From NCBI GenBank assembly GCA_030668875.1, contig DAOVER010000021.1, forward strand, positions 26,082 to 58,081: 32,000 bases of DNA, read 5' to 3'. Below the pieces are notes generated by a model. The model saw only the letters and a list, made by a program, of their open reading frames with translations. It was not told the DNA's origin and did no database searches. The first letter of the stretch is position 1. Every line of letters starts with the position of its first letter. The position numbers were made by a program, and so were the translations under genes. The DNA comes from Candidatus Heimdallarchaeota archaeon (GTDB taxonomy: Archaea; Asgardarchaeota; Heimdallarchaeia; Heimdallarchaeales; Heimdallarchaeaceae). Positions 29,552-32,000 of this stretch are shown here, piece by piece.

Positions 29552-30400
29552 TCAATTAAAACTCTTAAGGACATAACTTAGTTCTTCAATCTCACTTAAT
29601 CCTCTTTTTCTACTGAATAATCCCTTAATTGAAATTGTGTTGCCGATGTCAAAATCTTCATTTTCAGCAATTTTCGCTAATCCTTCTTTCGCACCTTGAA
29701 TTTTATCCAAATAATACGATTCTTTGATTAGTTCATATAACGGCATTATCGTTGCTTCTATAATCTCTAAAGAAGTCTTATAAGTTTTTAGAATTTGGGT
29801 TGGCTTAGTGTAAAGAACATTAAAAACAACTTTTTGTTCTATTGTACCTAAGGTTTTTGCTAAACAAGCAATCTCTCTTTCTAATTTTGATATTTCACCG
29901 CTTTCATCAGACGATTTTTTCTTCTGTAAAATGTTATTCAGTGCTTTAATACCGTTGTAGAACGATGCTTCATCAATTGAATACGTCCTATGATTATCTG
30001 TTCTATGGATCTTACCTAATTTTTGTATAACTTTTGTATAATACGATTCCTTGATTAATCCTTCAACTTCATTGTAGAAATGAATGATTTTGTTTACGGT
30101 TTCTATGTTTTTTTTGTGGTTTTCTGAAAGAAAAGTGATGTTTTCGTCAATTTGGTTTACATTCATAGATAACTGGTCAAATTCAAAAGGAGATAATTCT
30201 CCATCTTCGAGTATATTGTCAATTTCCCAACCACTATCCTGACATTTAAACAAAGAAGATTCTAGATTCAACAGAATTTCTGATTCTGCTTTCGGAAAAC
30301 CATATTTTTCACTTCGGAAGCTCTCAGCAATAATACTGACATCTTCTGTACCCTCTGAATATTCCTCTGAATCTTGATTTAACGAGTTTTCGTCAGTCAT
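29552..30400 (-). CDS. Hypothetical helical protein with internal repeat (start probably ATG 30400)
   Basis: Acidic N-terminus; LIKESYY occurs twice, 109 codons apart. Confidence 0.7.
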   Translation of the reverse strand: MTDENSLNQDSEEYSEGTEDVSIIAESFRSEKYGFPKAESEILLNLESSLFKCQDSGWEIDNILEDGELSPFEFDQLSMNVNQIDENITFLSENHKKNIETVNKIIHFYNEVEGLIKESYYTKVIQKLGKIHRTDNHRTYSIDEASFYNGIKALNNILQKKKSSDESGEISKLEREIACLAKTLGTIEQKVVFNVLYTKPTQILKTYKTSLEIIEATIMPLYELIKESYYLDKIQGAKEGLAKIAENEDFDIGNTISIKGLFSRKRGLSEIEELSYVLKSFN

Positions 30401-30488
30401 TTTAAGCACATATCTTTAGTGAATTTATACCCTTTTTTCCTTTAAAACCTTTGCAAATGATTTGATAGAAAGAAAAATGGAAGTTCTC

Positions 30489-31625
30489 TTAAATAGAGAA
30501 ACTCTCTAAAATAGACTCAAGAATCAAATTAGCAAATGTGATGACTTTATCTTTCTCAGTATATTCATCAGTTACATGGAGTTGATCAAGATTGCCTGGT
30601 CCTATTATGACAAAAGGCGTTTCATATATAGGAACTAACATAGCTCCATCTGTTCCGTAATTAACACCAATGAAATCATCTTCATTTTGTTTAGCATTCT
30701 TAGCTAGTACTTTGAAGAATTCAGGACGGTCTTTGAGTTCAATTGCGGGTACTTCATGTACGATTTCGGTACTAACCTTTGCTTCTCCTCGATCATTTAC
30801 AGACTTCACTATATCTTCAATTTTCACTTTTATTTGTTCCCTTAACTCATCTGCAACAATTCTGTAATCACACTTAAACTCGCAATATTCTGGAACTACG
30901 TTGATTAATGTACCTCCCCCAATTTTTCCAATATTAAGGGTTGATTTTCCAAGTATTTTATGTTCGAAGTCAGGAACAGCTGTCTTCATTAATGGTATGA
31001 TCTCAGCTGCTGTTTCAATCGCATTTATACCTAGATGTGGTGTTGATCCATGTGCAGACTCCCCCTCAACTTTAACTTTAATCCATAGAGTGCCTTTTTC
31101 TGCTATCGCAACTTTGAGATCTGTTGGTTCTCCTACTAAAATAAAATCACAATTTTCCATTATACCTGAATCTTTAGCTACAACTGCTCCATCCATGCCA
31201 ATTTCTTCATCAGATGTTCCTAGAAAAACTATCTTTTTGTTTATTTTTACATTGTTTTCTCTCAGATATTTTATAACTGCAACAAAAGCAGCTACAGCCC
31301 CCTTCATATCTGTTGATCCGCGCCCATATATCTTCCCATCATCTTCTATAGAACCAAAAGGAGGGAATTTCCATTTATTTTCATCGCCTGCTGGAACAGT
31401 ATCGAGGTGACCAGTAAGAATTATGCTCCTTTCTCCATCTCCATATTCTGCAATTAAATTTGCCTTTCCTTCGGAATATTCTTGAATTTCGCTGGGGATA
31501 CCACCCTTTTCTAATTCTTTTGCTAGGTATTCAATAGCGTCTATAGTTAATCCGGGTGGATTCTCTGTTTTTATTTTGATTAATTCGCTTAAGATAGGTA
31601 TGACATCGCTTTCTGTAATCAACAT
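30489..31625 (-). CDS. M20 family metallopeptidase/deacylase (ArgE/DapE-like)
   Basis: GHLDTVP, GRGSTDMKG, DEEIG, GEPT, AHGS, TDG and HVTDEY. Confidence 0.92.
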   Translation of the reverse strand: MLITESDVIPILSELIKIKTENPPGLTIDAIEYLAKELEKGGIPSEIQEYSEGKANLIAEYGDGERSIILTGHLDTVPAGDENKWKFPPFGSIEDDGKIYGRGSTDMKGAVAAFVAVIKYLRENNVKINKKIVFLGTSDEEIGMDGAVVAKDSGIMENCDFILVGEPTDLKVAIAEKGTLWIKVKVEGESAHGSTPHLGINAIETAAEIIPLMKTAVPDFEHKILGKSTLNIGKIGGGTLINVVPEYCEFKCDYRIVADELREQIKVKIEDIVKSVNDRGEAKVSTEIVHEVPAIELKDRPEFFKVLAKNAKQNEDDFIGVNYGTDGAMLVPIYETPFVIIGPGNLDQLHVTDEYTEKDKVITFANLILESILESFSI

Positions 31626-31751
31626 TTTATTCTCAATTTTCTTTTTACTACTCTCTTTTTAACAGTTCACTTTTTTATTAGAAATAAAAATTGAATATCC
31701 GAAGTTTTTTATGAGCCACCAAATAGATGTTAACCAAGGAGAATTTATTCA

Positions 31752-32000
31752 ATGTCAGAGCATCAAGAGATTTCTTCGTATCTTTCAGATTCAGCGAGAA
31801 GAATGGTTCTTTCACAGATTATCTCATTTTCCCGTTCTGTATCAGCAACTGAATTACTGAATCGTTTACCAATAACAAACAGAAGCACTATATACAATAT
31901 CCTCGACAGACTTACGGAGTTACAACTGATTAAGAGACAAGAAGTTAAACTGGGGAGCTCAAATAGAGTCTTTTACTCACCAAATCATGAACTTCTTTCT
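31752..32000 (+). CDS. 5' part of a winged-helix protein, running off the window edge (MSEHQEISSYLSDSARRMVLSQII...SATELLNRL.ITNRSTIYNILDRLTELQLI...RVFY)
   Basis: Hand translation is open for 83 codons to the edge and shows a wHTH helix/wing pattern. Not in the ORF track. Confidence 0.75.
   Translation, partial: MSEHQEISSYLSDSARRMVLSQIISFSRSVSATELLNRLPITNRSTIYNILDRLTELQLIKRQEVKLGSSNRVFYSPNHELLS

Overview
AT-rich archaeal chromosomal window. Archaeal origin is shown by uS2, eL24, eS28, L7Ae, RpoN, aIF5B, TiaS, IPK/MVK/GGR and Cdc48. An Asgard/Heimdall-like host is only a guess. The left two-thirds is mostly housekeeping: THUMP protein, a 56-aa histone-fold gene missed by the ORF track, aminotransferase, ndk-L24e-S28e-L7Ae, archaeal lipid genes mixed with rpoN/rps2, aIF5B, tiaS and an hsp20-cdc48-ArsR heat-shock operon. 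The right third looks accessory: an SH3-like+HExxH zincin, a phosphotransferase, ogt, Mrp, an internally deleted oxidoreductase relic, PLP enzymes (one fused to an SCP2-like domain), a solo TnpB element with 3' hairpins, an esterase, TldD and an M20 peptidase. No CRISPR array, tRNA or rRNA was seen. The best leads are the truncated-alpha3 histone, the zincin beside the cdc48 operon and ogt, the aminotransferase-SCP2 fusion, and a surface-glycoprotein gene bracketed by a duplicated ggr promoter/start. All calls come from reading motifs by eye; no searches were run.
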